Part shown: positions 39,197 through 49,588 of the stretch, in pieces | Layout: every line of letters begins with the position of its first letter | Numbering within the stretch: position 1 is the stretch's first letter | Assembly: GCA_963667845.2 (NCBI GenBank) | Contig: CAXXVL010000002.1 | Location: 1,920,001 to 1,984,000 of the forward strand | Reading direction: 5' to 3' | From: Smithellaceae bacterium | Lineage (GTDB): Bacteria > Desulfobacterota > Syntrophia > Syntrophales > Smithellaceae | DNA: 64,000 nucleotides | Translations under genes and position numbers: made by a program | Notes under the pieces: generated by a model | Databases searched by the model: none | The model's input: the letters and a program-made list of their open reading frames with translations, nothing else | What the model was told of the DNA's origin: nothing

Positions 39197-41221
39197 ATGT
39201 CACATCGCTCATCAAAGAGAACTGCCGGAATTGCCATTATCCTTTTAATGTTGATGTTAATTTTTGCCGGGGTTGTCCAGGCCTTCACCGTCCAAAAAAT
39301 CGGTGACAAGGGACTCTATCCGCAGCCGGGCGGCGATCGTCATAACAGCTATGCCTGGTGCATGGGCATTCTTCATCATTCCGACGGAGATTACCTCTAT
39401 GTTGGAAGTAATCGGGATATTGTATATCTCGTTTCGGCCGGCTTTTTTCGGACGACCAAAAACACGACCGATTTTGCGACAGTCAAGAATTATATCGAAG
39501 GTTTTTTCGGCAGCGACATCGGTACGTACCCCACCCAGGCAGACGTGGATCTTCATCCCCGAATTTTCCGTCTTAAGCTCAACGCGGCGGCTGATTGGGA
39601 ACTGATCTATGCGTCACCCAACGCCCAGGGAATTATCCCGCTGGAGCTGGGCTACCGCGGCATGCAGGTCTTTACGGACACGGCCGGGGAAACGGCGCTT
39701 TACATCGTGACCGATTCCGGCGCCACCAAAGTGTCCCGGGTCTTGAAAATCTCGGCGGATTCAGACCCCCAGAATGTTGTAGTCAAGGAAGTCTTTCGTA
39801 TTCAGGGTACAGCCAGCCTGCGGCCCATTGCCGTCCATAACGGGAAGCTTTATATCGGCGCCAACAATGACATTTATGAGGCCGTAAATCCGGAGGCGAT
39901 GGGCGACTGGACAAAAATAGCGGCCGACAGCGATTTCGGCGGCCTTGTCGCCGCCGGCAGAAAAGCGATGCTCTGGCAGTTTGCCAGTTTTAACGGTTAT
40001 CTCTATGTGACCCTGTCCGAAGACGTCGATCCGGCAGCGTCCCAGACGGCGGATAACGGCGGAGCCTGGCTTTTCAAAGGGAAATTTGATACTGCACTGG
40101 CCCGGTGGGTCTGGACGCCCATCATTGCCGACCAGTCTCTGTTTCCCGCCGCATCCTATCCCAAGGGACTGGGTAATCGATTCAACACAACCCTTTCCCT
40201 GGCTTCTTTCCAGGACAGTCTTTATATCGGGACACTCATGACCTTTCCCTCCCTCATTGGTTCGGGGAAGGCGGAGTTGATTTTGCCGAACCGGATTCCT
40301 CCCCAGATTTATCGGATCAGTAAGACGGACGTCTGCGCCATGGTAATCGGCGATACGGCGGGTCCAACCAGGAGCACGATTTTCCCGTCGCGGATCGGAA
40401 ATTATGGGGCGGGTTTCTTCCAGCCCAATATTCTTCAGACGCTTTCTCCGGACGCCGCCATTCGCGACACAAATTTCTCTTTCAATCAATACCTATGGTG
40501 GATGGCCCAGTACAACGGGAAACTTTACGCAGCAACTTTCGATTTGCGCGTCTTTCTCAAGTACGTTACCCGCGCCAACCTGGAGACGGCAGGCGTGATC
40601 GCTCCCGGCGACGATGCAGCCTGGCTTACGGTTCAGACGGCTCTGCAGGCGATAGAATTATATAATGATAATCCACCGGGCTGCGACATCTACTACACCT
40701 CAGACGGAGTGAATTGGTCTGCCTTGACCCGGGACGGTTTTGGCGACCCGTTCAATTACGGGGCCCGGGTTCTGTTGCCGTCGACCATTGCCGCGCATCC
40801 GCTTTATGTCGGAATGGCCAATCCCTTTTTCGGTGCGCAGGTTTACACCGTGTCCGACACAACCGCGGCAGCAGCCCCGGAAAGCGGCGGGGGCGGGGGC
40901 GGCTGCTTCATCGCAACGGCGGCCTTCGGTTCATCGCTCGACTCCCGCGTTGTCATTCTTCGCTCTTTTCGCGATCAGTTCCTTCTTCAGAGCGCGCCGG
41001 GCAGATTCTTTGTCCGGTTCTACTACAGCCATTCGCCCGCAGCCGCGCGTTTCCTCGAAAATCATGAGGGGCTGAAACCTTTCGTCCGCCTGGGACTTCT
41101 GCCTGCTATCGGAATGTGTTATCTTTTCATTCACGGTCTTGGCGCTCCGGCGATTTTTCTTTTTGTCGCAATTGGCACGGCCCTGCTTTTGATTTTCCGC
41201 AGCCGGCGTCGATCCGCGTGA
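39197..41221 (+). CDS. Exported beta-propeller-like protein with CFI-box-CTERM sorting region
   Basis: Signal peptide, NSYAW and GFGDPFNYG.R motifs, then GGGGCFIATAAFGS...LRSFRD..L..YY..SP, TM and basic tail. Confidence 0.8.
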   Translation: MSHRSSKRTAGIAIILLMLMLIFAGVVQAFTVQKIGDKGLYPQPGGDRHNSYAWCMGILHHSDGDYLYVGSNRDIVYLVSAGFFRTTKNTTDFATVKNYIEGFFGSDIGTYPTQADVDLHPRIFRLKLNAAADWELIYASPNAQGIIPLELGYRGMQVFTDTAGETALYIVTDSGATKVSRVLKISADSDPQNVVVKEVFRIQGTASLRPIAVHNGKLYIGANNDIYEAVNPEAMGDWTKIAADSDFGGLVAAGRKAMLWQFASFNGYLYVTLSEDVDPAASQTADNGGAWLFKGKFDTALARWVWTPIIADQSLFPAASYPKGLGNRFNTTLSLASFQDSLYIGTLMTFPSLIGSGKAELILPNRIPPQIYRISKTDVCAMVIGDTAGPTRSTIFPSRIGNYGAGFFQPNILQTLSPDAAIRDTNFSFNQYLWWMAQYNGKLYAATFDLRVFLKYVTRANLETAGVIAPGDDAAWLTVQTALQAIELYNDNPPGCDIYYTSDGVNWSALTRDGFGDPFNYGARVLLPSTIAAHPLYVGMANPFFGAQVYTVSDTTAAAAPESGGGGGGCFIATAAFGSSLDSRVVILRSFRDQFLLQSAPGRFFVRFYYSHSPAAARFLENHEGLKPFVRLGLLPAIGMCYLFIHGLGAPAIFLFVAIGTALLLIFRSRRRSA

Positions 41222-41332
41222 GCGGGCTTGATACGGATAGCTGATTCGCGGGCGGCCGGCCAAGTTCATTTCTTTTAGGAGCGGCGACGTCCGGGATCTG
41301 CCGCTTAAGCGGGAAGGGAAGGGAGTTGATCC

Positions 41333-41926
41333 GTGAAAATAAAATCGGAAAAAGAGGTTCGCCGCTGCCCCTGGGTTGATTTGACGAAGCCCGACATGGT
41401 CGAGTATCACGACAAGGAATGGGGCGTTCCGGTTTATGATGACCGGTTGATCTTTGAATTCCTGTCGCTGGAAGCGGCTCAGGCCGGTCTAAGCTGGCAT
41501 ACCGTTTTGAAAAAAAGAGAAAATTACCGTAAAGCCTTTGAAAATTTTGAACCCGGTAAAGTCGCGAAATTCAATCAGACGAAAATTGAAAAGCTGCTCC
41601 AGAATCCCGGGATCATCCGTAACAGATTGAAGATAGAATCAACCGTCAACAATGCGCTGCGCTTTCTTGAAGTTCAGAAAGAATTCGGCAGTTTCTCAAA
41701 ATACATCTGGGGTTTTGTCGGCAGCAAACCCAGGATCAATGCCGTCCGCAAATTAGCGGATTATCCGGCAGTGAGCCCGGATTCGGACGCCTTGAGCAAA
41801 GATCTCAAGAAAAGAGGGTTCAAATTTCTGGGCTCTACCATTTGCTATGCGCACATGCAGGCAACGGGCCTCGTCAACGACCACTCGCTGGATTGCTTTC
41901 GCAGAAAAGAAATTATGGCGCTGTGA
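41333..41926 (+). CDS. tag: DNA-3-methyladenine glycosylase I
   Basis: RCPW, YHDKEWG, QAGLSW..VL.KR, IIRNRLKI, NDH..DC. Confidence 0.95.
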   Translation: MKIKSEKEVRRCPWVDLTKPDMVEYHDKEWGVPVYDDRLIFEFLSLEAAQAGLSWHTVLKKRENYRKAFENFEPGKVAKFNQTKIEKLLQNPGIIRNRLKIESTVNNALRFLEVQKEFGSFSKYIWGFVGSKPRINAVRKLADYPAVSPDSDALSKDLKKRGFKFLGSTICYAHMQATGLVNDHSLDCFRRKEIMAL

Positions 41927-41963
41927 CGCTCCCGGAACCTTTCAACTCCCGTTGCAACCTAAA

Positions 41964-42251
41964 TTAGTTCCACCCCGCTTTTTTATCGCACGTTTTTCTT
42001 TCCTGGGGATGGAATTTTTCCCATTCGGTAACGGATTGCGTTTCATCGTCGTCCATTTTGGAGACCATGCATTCGCAATATTTCCTTACCACTTCGGCCG
42101 ATTGACCCTGGTTCCTTTTATCGCGCATGCACTCGGCTATCCATTGGATATCGTCCGAGGTGGAGGAGGCCAATGAGTCTTTTACCATCACCGGTCCGGA
42201 AAATAAAATGATCAGCACAAATGCCAAGACGACTACGGAGTGTTTCTTCAT
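41964..42251 (-). CDS. Small secreted four-Cys hypothetical protein
   Basis: Signal peptide; C..KYCECM..EWEK.HP.E..C. Confidence 0.65.
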   Translation of the reverse strand: MKKHSVVVLAFVLIILFSGPVMVKDSLASSTSDDIQWIAECMRDKRNQGQSAEVVRKYCECMVSKMDDDETQSVTEWEKFHPQERKTCDKKAGWN

Positions 42252-42364
42252 GCTTGATTCCCCTTCATTGAATCGTTAACGGAAGAAAATATCGTTTCGC
42301 AATATCACTTCCAATTTATTCACTTACATCTCTTAAGGTCCTAGCTTCGCTCTCACTTGCTGGG

Positions 42365-42865
42365 TCAGCCGCATGCCTGAAACGCCTTGTGAAATACAAC
42401 ATTACCTTGAGGCACTTTTTCATTAAACGGCAAGACGAGGAAGAATTCCTGCGGAATTCCTTCATAAATTAAATCCGGAATATTTCTAAAGCCAAACCGT
42501 TTATAGTAATCAGGATCGCCCACAAGAGCACAACCCTGGCCGCCCCGCGTTTTCATCAATGACAATCCTTCGCGAATCAACGCCTTTCCAATGCCCTGTC
42601 GCTGCAATTGGGGCCCAACGGAAACAGGGCCGATGCCGTACCAATCCGGACTGCCATCGGAAATCGTGACGGGCGAAAAAGCGATGTGGCCTGCCACTTT
42701 TCCGTCAACCTCGGCGACGAGCGAGAGCGCCAGGACATTGGCGTTCCGCAACGCTCCTACGATGTACTGTTCCGTTTGTCTGCTAATCGGATGATTTTTG
42801 AAAGCGGCTATCGTGACTTCGTTTATGGCCTCTATATCTGAATTTGTTTCATTCCTTATGATCAT
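42365..42865 (-). CDS. GNAT N-acetyltransferase (YhbS-like)
   Basis: GHIAFSPV, GPVSV.P..QRQGIG, LVGDPDYY.RFGF. Confidence 0.92.
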   Translation of the reverse strand: MIIRNETNSDIEAINEVTIAAFKNHPISRQTEQYIVGALRNANVLALSLVAEVDGKVAGHIAFSPVTISDGSPDWYGIGPVSVGPQLQRQGIGKALIREGLSLMKTRGGQGCALVGDPDYYKRFGFRNIPDLIYEGIPQEFFLVLPFNEKVPQGNVVFHKAFQACG

Positions 42866-43009
42866 CTAAAACTCCGCATTTTTCAGGTGTCGGACGGTTC
42901 ATCAAAAGCTGTGCCGGAGCACGGCATTTGGCCGGGTGGATTCGTTTGCCTGCATAAAAATATTGTCCGCCTTCCGAGATAATCTGTTTCCCGCGGAAGG
43001 CATGTGCTA

Positions 43010-44050
43010 TTATAAACCCTGAAACTTAAATGGATTTGCAGTTTTAAATGAACGCGCGGCGTCTCCCGTATAGGTTTCATACTTTTCCAGCGCGAGTTTT
43101 TTAGCAGGCGCCTTTTCACTGAAATCGACTTTCTTAAAGTCCACCCAAAAGACATTCGGGGTCAGCACATTTTCAAAATAATAAACAAGGTTCTTCTGGT
43201 CGGACACCGATCTCCAGCGGGTGGAAGAAATATTGGGTTCATCCTTTGTGGATATCCCAAAGGGCACGGAGCAATTCCGGATCACGCTGAAAGCACCGGC
43301 AACGGCAATCCGGACATCGCTCGTCTGACGGATGGCCTTGATGTAATAGGACGCTCTGACAAAGCGGTCCGCCGCGCGGTTGGTTCCGGGGAGCATGATG
43401 GTTCCGGGGATGCTGCTCCAATATTCATTTAAGGCCAGCTGCTTGGAAAAGATCGGGGAGTTCGTCATGACATTATAGGATCGATCGTGATGAATCGTTA
43501 ATTTCCCCCCGATATATTCAAAGATGGCGCTGTCGCCTGTTGCATCGGAAATGGATAAATGCAGCGTGGCGTATTTATCCGAACCGGGCATGTAATCCGA
43601 AACGATCACAAATTTTTCTTTCTGCAGTTCATCGACGGCCTCTTTTACGGAAGCGAAATTATCCAATACATACTGCGCCCAGGCGGCAATTGTTAACCCT
43701 TTTTGTTTGCCGTCATATTTCGGATACCCGGATTCCGCGAGCCACAGCATGTTCGCTACCAGCCCCTTCTCGTTCATGCCGTCGGCCGTGCTGTTGTTAA
43801 AGGAGCTTACAACAACGCTGCCATACCGTGATTTCCAGGCAATGGAATTGGGGCCTACTTCGCCGTTACGCGTGAGCCCCCGGGGGAATATCCACATGTT
43901 CGCCGGTATTTCATCCCTCCAGTCCATCGACCGGGCGGTGATGACGGTGTTTTCGGGACCCTGATAGACAACGCGTGTACATGCCGCAGTCTCCATCGTG
44001 AAAAGCAGGTTCAGGACAGCACATAGTAGTAATACGGACAGTTTCTTCAT
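43010..44050 (-). CDS. Linear amide C-N hydrolase (penicillin V acylase/choloylglycine hydrolase family), exported
   Basis: Signal peptide then nucleophile Cys (CTRVVY), RSMDW, DGMNEKGL, MTNSP, DRFVRA. Confidence 0.92.
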   Translation of the reverse strand: MKKLSVLLLCAVLNLLFTMETAACTRVVYQGPENTVITARSMDWRDEIPANMWIFPRGLTRNGEVGPNSIAWKSRYGSVVVSSFNNSTADGMNEKGLVANMLWLAESGYPKYDGKQKGLTIAAWAQYVLDNFASVKEAVDELQKEKFVIVSDYMPGSDKYATLHLSISDATGDSAIFEYIGGKLTIHHDRSYNVMTNSPIFSKQLALNEYWSSIPGTIMLPGTNRAADRFVRASYYIKAIRQTSDVRIAVAGAFSVIRNCSVPFGISTKDEPNISSTRWRSVSDQKNLVYYFENVLTPNVFWVDFKKVDFSEKAPAKKLALEKYETYTGDAARSFKTANPFKFQGL

Positions 44051-44115
44051 GACGTTTTCCTCTCAATAAATGTTATGCAGCGTCTTTAAACGCTGTATTA
44101 GTTCACGCTTCTTTC

Positions 44116-45642
44116 TTATTTCTTCACGGCGTAGATTTTCTTAATCGCCTCACGGTCCGTTTCGCCGCCGCTTTTTTTCGGCAGCTGGTCAACAAAAAGG
44201 ACATGCTTCGGTTTCTTATAGCGCGCAATCCTGGATGCTACAAATTCTATAAGTTCCGTATCTTTTAAGTGGCGTCCTTTTTTCAGAACAGAGATCGCGA
44301 GCACGGCTTCTCCCCATTCGGCATCGGGAATGCCGATCACCGCAACTTCCTCTATATCCCCATGACCAAGAATGACTTCTTCCACTTCGGCCGGATAAAC
44401 ATTCTCACCGCCGGGCTTGATGAGTTCTTTTTCCGGATTTCTGCCCAAGTAATACAGGTAGCCTGCCTCGTCCATCTGCCCTCGATCACCCGTGTGATGC
44501 CACCGGTTGCGCGAGGTATAGGCTGAGTCCGCCTCGAGATTCCAATAACCCCAAAATACGGAAGGGGAGTGTACACATATTTCACCTTGTTCCCCCAGCG
44601 GCAATTCCCGATCCAAGTCATCAAAGATTGCCACCCGCGTCAGGAGTGCCGGACGGCCGATGCTGCCCGGTCTCTCCTTGATGTCGCAGCCCGAAACGGG
44701 CATGACTTCCGTTTGTCCATACAGGCTGTAAAAAGCCGCTCCGGGATTATTTTTCAAAAACCGTTCAATGGTATCCGGGCTGTCCATTCCTGCGACCCTT
44801 CGCAAACTTGATGCGTCCATGGGTTGTTTTTCCTGGGCATCGAGAATTGCGGCCAGCATGGGAGGAAACGTACAGAAAAATGTTCCGTGTTCCTTTTCGG
44901 TTTGTTTTAAAACGAGAACCGGGTCGAAACGATCCATGATCACGTTTGGGCCGCCTTGCAGCATAATAGCGAAGGTCATCGCAATCCCCCCGATATGGAA
45001 GAGAGGGAGAGTCCCCACATGACAATCACTGCTGGTCAGCTTGAACAGGTCGGCCATTTGGAAGCCGACCGCCATGATATTTGCCTGGCTCAAAACGCAG
45101 CCGCGCGGCTTCCCGCCGACCGCGGCTGTATGAATAATCACGAAGGCTTGACCTTCGGAAGCCGGCGCTGGCGGGGTCACCGGATGATCATTCGAGAACA
45201 GCGCCCCGAAAGGAATGAAATCATCTTCATTGTTTTCTGCTTTAAACAAATAATATTTTTGAATGGATGGGACAGCCAGCGAGGCCTTATAAGCCATATC
45301 CTTATAATCAAGGCTTGCGAAAATGCATTTCGGCTGTGAATCCTGGAGAATATATTTGATCTCTCCTTCCCCTAATCGGAAATTCACGGGAACGATGATG
45401 GCGCCGATCTTTGCCGCCGCGCCGCTCAAGATCAGGAAATCATCGCAGTTCCCCGATAATATGGCAATTCGGTCGCCTGTCGTGAGGCCGTCTTTAATGA
45501 GGCCGGCGGCGCATTGATCGCACCGCGTTTGAAATTCGAGAAAAGAAATACGGGTATCCCCGTGGATGATTGCAGTTTTTCCGGCGTATAAACCGGCATT
45601 ACGGGCAATCATATCGTAAATTGTAAAATCACATCTCTGCAT
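44116..45642 (-). CDS. AMP-dependent acyl-CoA synthetase
   Basis: YGQTE, HTGD, IKPGGENVYPAEVE; variant P-loop HTAAVGGKPRG. Confidence 0.9.
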   Translation of the reverse strand: MQRCDFTIYDMIARNAGLYAGKTAIIHGDTRISFLEFQTRCDQCAAGLIKDGLTTGDRIAILSGNCDDFLILSGAAAKIGAIIVPVNFRLGEGEIKYILQDSQPKCIFASLDYKDMAYKASLAVPSIQKYYLFKAENNEDDFIPFGALFSNDHPVTPPAPASEGQAFVIIHTAAVGGKPRGCVLSQANIMAVGFQMADLFKLTSSDCHVGTLPLFHIGGIAMTFAIMLQGGPNVIMDRFDPVLVLKQTEKEHGTFFCTFPPMLAAILDAQEKQPMDASSLRRVAGMDSPDTIERFLKNNPGAAFYSLYGQTEVMPVSGCDIKERPGSIGRPALLTRVAIFDDLDRELPLGEQGEICVHSPSVFWGYWNLEADSAYTSRNRWHHTGDRGQMDEAGYLYYLGRNPEKELIKPGGENVYPAEVEEVILGHGDIEEVAVIGIPDAEWGEAVLAISVLKKGRHLKDTELIEFVASRIARYKKPKHVLFVDQLPKKSGGETDREAIKKIYAVKK

Positions 45643-45805
45643 GACCGAACCCTCGGGAAAATTTATTTGGATTATGATAGCAGTTGAGATTCTTCAAAGC
45701 TTTCAAAGGCGATAAAGCAATCATCAAAAACAGTATAGTCACTTGCAGCAGTTGTTAAATATTGACTTGCCTCAAGTCCATGCCTTGTGCAAAGCGCTTT
45801 CGGGA

Positions 45806-46624
45806 TCAGGAAATCGTGTACCCGCCATCGAGATACAAAGTTTGGCCGGTCATATAGTCCGAAGCTTCGGAAGCCAGATACAAAGCAAGCAAACCCACTT
45901 CGCGCGGCTCGCCAAATCTTCCCAGTGGAACCGACCGAAGATAGTCCTGGCTGATTTCCTCACTGGAATGGATCTTTTCCAGCATCGCCGTTACCACACC
46001 GCCGGGTCCGATACAATTGACCGTGATGTTGAATCCGGCCAGTTCATTCGCCAGACTCCTGGAAAGTGCGACGATTGCAGCCTTCGTTGCCGGATAAACA
46101 CCTTGCAGTGCCGTGTATTTAATAGCGGCGGTCGATACGATATTAATGATTTTTCCTTTTTTATTCTGGATCATGTTTGGGATCACGAGTCTCGTTAGAT
46201 CGTATCCACCCTTCACATTTGTATTCCAGATGTTATTCCACTCATCGTTTGTCAGCGGTTCGTTGACATCCGGAATCAACTGAGCAAGTTTCATGTTTTC
46301 TGCGCCCGGTACAGGGATTGTCATTTTCAGAGAATCGAGCCCCGCGTTATTGACGAGGATATCTATTTTGCCGAACATCGCCAGTGCCGTATCCACGAGC
46401 CTCTTCAACTGATCCGCGTTATTAATATCAGTAGGGACGGTAACGCAGCGGCGGCCGTGCATCATGACCTCTTCGGCCGTTTCATCCAATTCCTGCGGCG
46501 TTCTGCTTGCGGCAACAATATCGGCACCGGCCTCGGCAAACGTCGATGCTATCGCTCTGCCGATACCCCGCCCGGCCCCCGTTACTAAGGCAACTTTGCC
46601 CTCCAGACTGAATTCTTTTATCAT
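45806..46624 (-). CDS. Short-chain dehydrogenase/reductase
   Basis: TGAGRGIG, LVNNAG, YPATK. Confidence 0.93.
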   Translation of the reverse strand: MIKEFSLEGKVALVTGAGRGIGRAIASTFAEAGADIVAASRTPQELDETAEEVMMHGRRCVTVPTDINNADQLKRLVDTALAMFGKIDILVNNAGLDSLKMTIPVPGAENMKLAQLIPDVNEPLTNDEWNNIWNTNVKGGYDLTRLVIPNMIQNKKGKIINIVSTAAIKYTALQGVYPATKAAIVALSRSLANELAGFNITVNCIGPGGVVTAMLEKIHSSEEISQDYLRSVPLGRFGEPREVGLLALYLASEASDYMTGQTLYLDGGYTIS

Positions 46625-46839
46625 GTGTCTATCCCTGATCTTATGTTGATAATGAAATAACTATCTGTAACCATGGCGTAATGGTAAATCAAATTTCCTC
46701 ATAAATCAAATTGTATTCGATTCTTCCATAGCCGGCAGCGAGCTGCGATCGTGTTTTATATCGCGGTGGCGTTCTGTGGCCAATAGTTGATCAGCCGGGA
46801 CAGAATTCCTTATAACGCAAAAATCCGCATCGTTTCTGA

Positions 46840-47100
46840 TCACTTACTTGTCTGTTTTGGTTTTATTGCTTCCACCACCTGGCGGACATCGCCCAGGCAT
46901 CACTTGCCTGTGGGATTCTTTACCTCGCACTGACAACTACCGGTGCTTTTTTCTTTTTTGATCTTTTCCAGGATGGTTGAGCAATCATTCTCAATAAAAT
47001 CCTGTTCAATGTCTCTTTTGGTATAACGAAAGCAATAGCATATCAAATCATCATCTTTGAGATGACGTTTAGGATTTACCGCTTTGTTTAAGAGATTCAT
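46840..47100 (-). CDS. BFD-like/CopZ-N-type 2Fe-2S protein, probable selenoprotein (U-C)
   Basis: ICYCF..CQCEVKNPTGK, then in-frame TGA (46902-46900), then CLGDVRQVVEAIKPKQTSK*; TGA occupies the first Cys of the NPxGxCC motif. Confidence 0.8.
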
Positions 47101-47466
47101 TATTTATTTCCTGCAGGTAATGTGAGACGGAGCCCGAAAGCAGCGATCTGCCCGCAACATTTTTTTCATTCATCAAATAGAGCCGCTTCCTTTAAATTTT
47201 CCTTTACCCGATGGGGCCTGCCGCCGCGTTTGCGGTTGCTGACGTCTTGCTTCACCGTACCGACCCATAGTTGATCTGGCGCAAAGACCGATCACATCAC
47301 TGATGTCGGGCTTTGACCGGAAGCAGGCGCCTTGCGATCACTTCGGAGCGAGTTCGCCGAACCAGTAGGCAGCCGTGACTCCGCCGTCCGGCCCCATGAG
47401 AAGAGCGCCAACGTTCCCCACCGCACCGCCTCGGCCATTACCCGCATGTGCCTATAAGGTAATCGG

Positions 47467-47518
47467 GCCTGACGAAAAATCAAGAGCGGCTGCGACTGGC
47501 TGAATTGTCCGGTTCTAT
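47467..47518 (-). repeat. attC16 (degenerate)
   Basis: + strand GCCTGAC-GAAAAATCA..GCGACTGGCTGAATTG..GTTCTAT; R' reads GTC instead of GTT. Confidence 0.5.
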
Positions 47519-47520
47519 GT

Positions 47521-47856
47521 TCATTCGGAGATCAGCAATTTCTTTTCTTTGAGGATCTTCTCAACTTGCCCGGTGTTCTCCACCGTAAAACCGATATCAA
47601 CCCATTGGTTCTTTAGCCTGGCAAAAAAGATTTTATCCCGCTTGCAGCGCTTATTATCTCTGGGATACCAGATTTTGAAGTTCCCGGTTCCGTGAATTCG
47701 CCATTTGCCATTCCAGATGGTCGATCTCTCGACCGTAATACGTTCAATGTCGGTTAATCGTACAACCTTGCTCTTACCCGTTGGAAAATAGTAATGTTCA
47801 AAAATAATGTCATCTTCCGTTATGGTTATTAGATTGTCTTGATAAATTATTTGCAC
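47521..47856 (-). CDS. Cassette 16: hypothetical protein
   Basis: 111-aa ORF filling the space between two attC remnants. Confidence 0.7.
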   Translation of the reverse strand: MQIIYQDNLITITEDDIIFEHYYFPTGKSKVVRLTDIERITVERSTIWNGKWRIHGTGNFKIWYPRDNKRCKRDKIFFARLKNQWVDIGFTVENTGQVEKILKEKKLLISE

Positions 47857-47868
47857 CTTTAGCCTCGA

Positions 47869-47925
47869 TATAAACGCTGAAAGCGGCCGGAGCGCAGCGA
47901 TCGGCTCTACCGGCTTTACTTATAT
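47869..47925 (-). repeat. attC15 (R'' lost)
   Basis: TATAAAC..GCCGGAGCGCAGCGATCGGCTCTA core; no GTT at the expected R'' position. Confidence 0.65.
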
Positions 47926-47930
47926 TCATT

Positions 47931-48818
47931 TCAAACAATGGCCTGCACAGCATGTTTGGAAATGGCGTCTGCTATTTGGGCCCAAACCCCTTTGGGCATG
48001 TCATGCCCCATCCCGTTAATCATCAATAATCTTGCTCCGGGTATTACTCGAGCTGTATCTTTTCCTGCTTCGACCGGTATCAAAGGATCATCAACCCCAT
48101 GAATTACAAGTGTTGGAATCCTTAAAGATGAAAGCGACTCTGTTCGATCGTCATTGGCAATCAGAGCTATGTTTTGCCGCACCGCTCCCTGGGGGCAGTA
48201 GGAACGATCATAGCTTTCCTCGATGAACGTTCTGGCTCTGTTTTCCTCAAATGGAAATCCGGGACTCCAAATCGACCGCCATACATTCATCATGTGTTCA
48301 ACAAAAGCTTTGCGCCCTTCCGGTGCAGGTGCGAGAACAGCAGCTATTGTTTCCGGTTTCGCCTGCGGAAGATCAGGATTCCCCGTGGTCGACATAATTG
48401 AAGTGAGACTCAAGACGCGTGTTTGATGTCGATAAGCGATAACCTGGGCGATCATACCGCCCATTGAAGCGCCGCAGATGTGCGCTTTCTCAATGCCCAG
48501 AGCATCAAGCAGACCAACGGCGTCATCTGCCATATCATCAAGAGAATATGCCGATTCCACAGGCTTACCTTCCATTAAAGCTTTTATTGCCGCCGGAAAG
48601 TCAGGAATCCCCGCTTCGTCAAATTTTGTCGAAAGGCCTGCATCCCGGTTGTCAAACCGAATCACAAAATAACCTTTGTTCATTAATAACTGGCAGAATT
48701 CGACATCCCAAAAAAGCAGCTGAGCGCCATTGCCGGCAACCAGTAATAATGCAGGCAATGAACGATCACCGAAAGTATCATATTCAATTTGGATTCCATT
48801 TGCCGTCACGTTTGGCAT
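47931..48818 (-). CDS. Cassette 15: alpha/beta hydrolase
   Basis: RFDNRDAG.S, GASMGG nucleophile elbow, HGVDDP, GMGHD. Confidence 0.93.
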   Translation of the reverse strand: MPNVTANGIQIEYDTFGDRSLPALLLVAGNGAQLLFWDVEFCQLLMNKGYFVIRFDNRDAGLSTKFDEAGIPDFPAAIKALMEGKPVESAYSLDDMADDAVGLLDALGIEKAHICGASMGGMIAQVIAYRHQTRVLSLTSIMSTTGNPDLPQAKPETIAAVLAPAPEGRKAFVEHMMNVWRSIWSPGFPFEENRARTFIEESYDRSYCPQGAVRQNIALIANDDRTESLSSLRIPTLVIHGVDDPLIPVEAGKDTARVIPGARLLMINGMGHDMPKGVWAQIADAISKHAVQAIV

Positions 48819-48868
48819 GGCTTACTCCTTGTTCTGTTAATATCATGAATGACTGTATTTATCTTGTC

Positions 48869-48925
48869 CACCAACGGCAGGCATCACCGGTAGCGTCAGC
48901 GAGCCGGTGTATGCCGGTGTTAGAC
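48869..48925 (-). repeat. attC14 (57 bp, variant type)
   Basis: CACCAAC..GCATCACCGG..CCGGTGTATGC..GTTAGAC; stem with one extrahelical base. Confidence 0.8.
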
Positions 48926-48936
48926 CATGAATAGCT

Positions 48937-49506
48937 CTATATTCGTTGCTTCTTATCAAAAACAGCATGAAGGGGATTTTTGGGATCGACCCACAATTTA
49001 CATGTGCTGTCCGGCTGCATTCGCTCGTTCAAATACTTTTGGACAAGATCCTGTGACCGGAATCCCGCTATATGGGATGCCTCGGGAGTAACCCTGTATT
49101 CTATTCCGTTATGAATGAATTCACAAAGCAACCTGAATTCCCAAAGGTTTTTTACATTCCCTTTGCTCGGGTAATGGCGTTCCTGAATGTCGCGGTCAAT
49201 GCACCGCGCTGTAAGGTGAAGCCACCCGGCCTGCTTATTGATGGAAGCGTAAATACGGCCCAGAAAAATCATAGTAAGCCCGGCAAGCCCCACTGCAAGC
49301 ACCGGCCATTGCGCATTTTTAAAAACGATCAAATAGAGGACTGAAACAAAAAACAGTGCAGCACCGCCAAACCCGGTAAGCAGTGTCAGCGGGGTGTTAT
49401 GAATATACTCGGCTTGGCCCGGCTCCTGCCAGGGAATCCATTTTATCCGCCAACCGCGATCACGGATTTGGTCCTGATAATCGCGAAGCTTCTGCTTGAT
49501 GCTCAT
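48937..49506 (-). CDS. Cassette 14: two-TM hypothetical protein (DUF3592-like tail)
   Basis: Two TMs then a beta domain ending WVDPKNPLHAV. Confidence 0.7.
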   Translation of the reverse strand: MSIKQKLRDYQDQIRDRGWRIKWIPWQEPGQAEYIHNTPLTLLTGFGGAALFFVSVLYLIVFKNAQWPVLAVGLAGLTMIFLGRIYASINKQAGWLHLTARCIDRDIQERHYPSKGNVKNLWEFRLLCEFIHNGIEYRVTPEASHIAGFRSQDLVQKYLNERMQPDSTCKLWVDPKNPLHAVFDKKQRI

Positions 49507-49510
49507 TTGA

Positions 49511-49573
49511 CCTCCAAAAAAATCAGCCGGAGCAGCAAAGCGGGCTGCGAGCGGCTCTGGCGTTTTGTTAACC
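49511..49573 (-). repeat. attC13 (R' lost)
   Basis: AAAAAATCAGCCGGAGCAGC..GCTGCGAGCGGCT..GTTAACC; the R' position is occupied by the next gene's RBS. Confidence 0.7.
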
Positions 49574-49588
49574 GTTTCCTTATCTGCC

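Noticed and set aside
47160..47460. GC-rich stretch between attC remnants as a further cassette gene
   Set aside because: No convincing ORF or motif; may be a decayed cassette but cannot be supported
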